Source: Cyanidioschyzon merolae (Eukaryota). Taken from it: a DNA stretch of 64,000 nucleotides. Positions 63,701-64,000 of the stretch are shown here, piece by piece; position 1 is the stretch's first letter, and each line of letters starts with the position of its first letter. A program made the position numbers and the translations under genes. Under the pieces are notes generated by a model, which was given only the letters and a program-made list of their open reading frames with translations, made no database searches and was not told where the DNA came from. Location of the stretch: NCBI GenBank assembly GCA_000091205.1, contig AP006498.2. The stretch is one strand, 5' to 3'.

Positions 63701-64000
63701 CGATTCCAAACCTACTAAACACCCGCGACGACTCGCCCGTCGTGCAGTTCTGTGCAGCTCTGCAACCGCTTGGCCGCATTGCACGAAATAGTCTCGGGTT
63801 GCACTCGTGCCATGTACGGGCGTGACGCAGATGTTAAAGTTCCTAGGAACTTTCGTTTACTCGAAGAGCTCGAGAAAGGGGAACACGGGCTTGGAGACGT
63901 GTGCGTCAGCTATGGCCTTGTGGATGACGACATGACGCTCTCGAACTGGACTGGCACGATCTTGGGCCCACTCAACACGGTGTTTGAGAATCGAATCTAC

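Noticed and set aside
1-64000. Prokaryotic or organellar origin of the window
   Set aside because: Several features argue for a eukaryotic nuclear origin. They are FCP1 with BRCT, LSm5, eL31, SP-RING NSE2, a dual-specificity phosphatase, polyQ and poly-D tracts, transit-peptide-bearing plastid proteins, and the absence of operon-like co-orientation.

Overview
Eukaryotic nuclear DNA, GC about 55-58%, compact and apparently intron-free, with about 19 protein genes in 64 kb on both strands and one tRNA-Leu-like gene. The gene content (a transit-peptide-bearing phycobilisome rod linker, FCP1, LSm5, eL31, NSE2) points to a unicellular red-alga-like genome. That lineage call is inference, not a computed result. 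Intergenic DNA is packed with relics of at least four repeat families. Most notable is family F, a disrupted TnpB/Fanzor-like RuvC-nuclease family with the D-x-NAA-x-NI RuvC-III signature. It comprises one about 2.4-kb long copy, one edge-truncated long copy and five internally deleted short derivatives. A second, more diverged relic family (C) may also be TnpB-like. The other families are B, a roughly 700-bp TIR element that sits at the 5-prime terminus of F copies, and D, a Tc1/mariner-type transposase remnant fused upstream of two F copies. Structural features include two near-identical 1.3-kb direct repeats flanking three host genes, an inverted F-fragment pair, and several tandem repeats and minisatellites. 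No CRISPR arrays, rRNA or intact transposase ORFs were seen. All assignments rest on motif recognition by eye. No searches were run.
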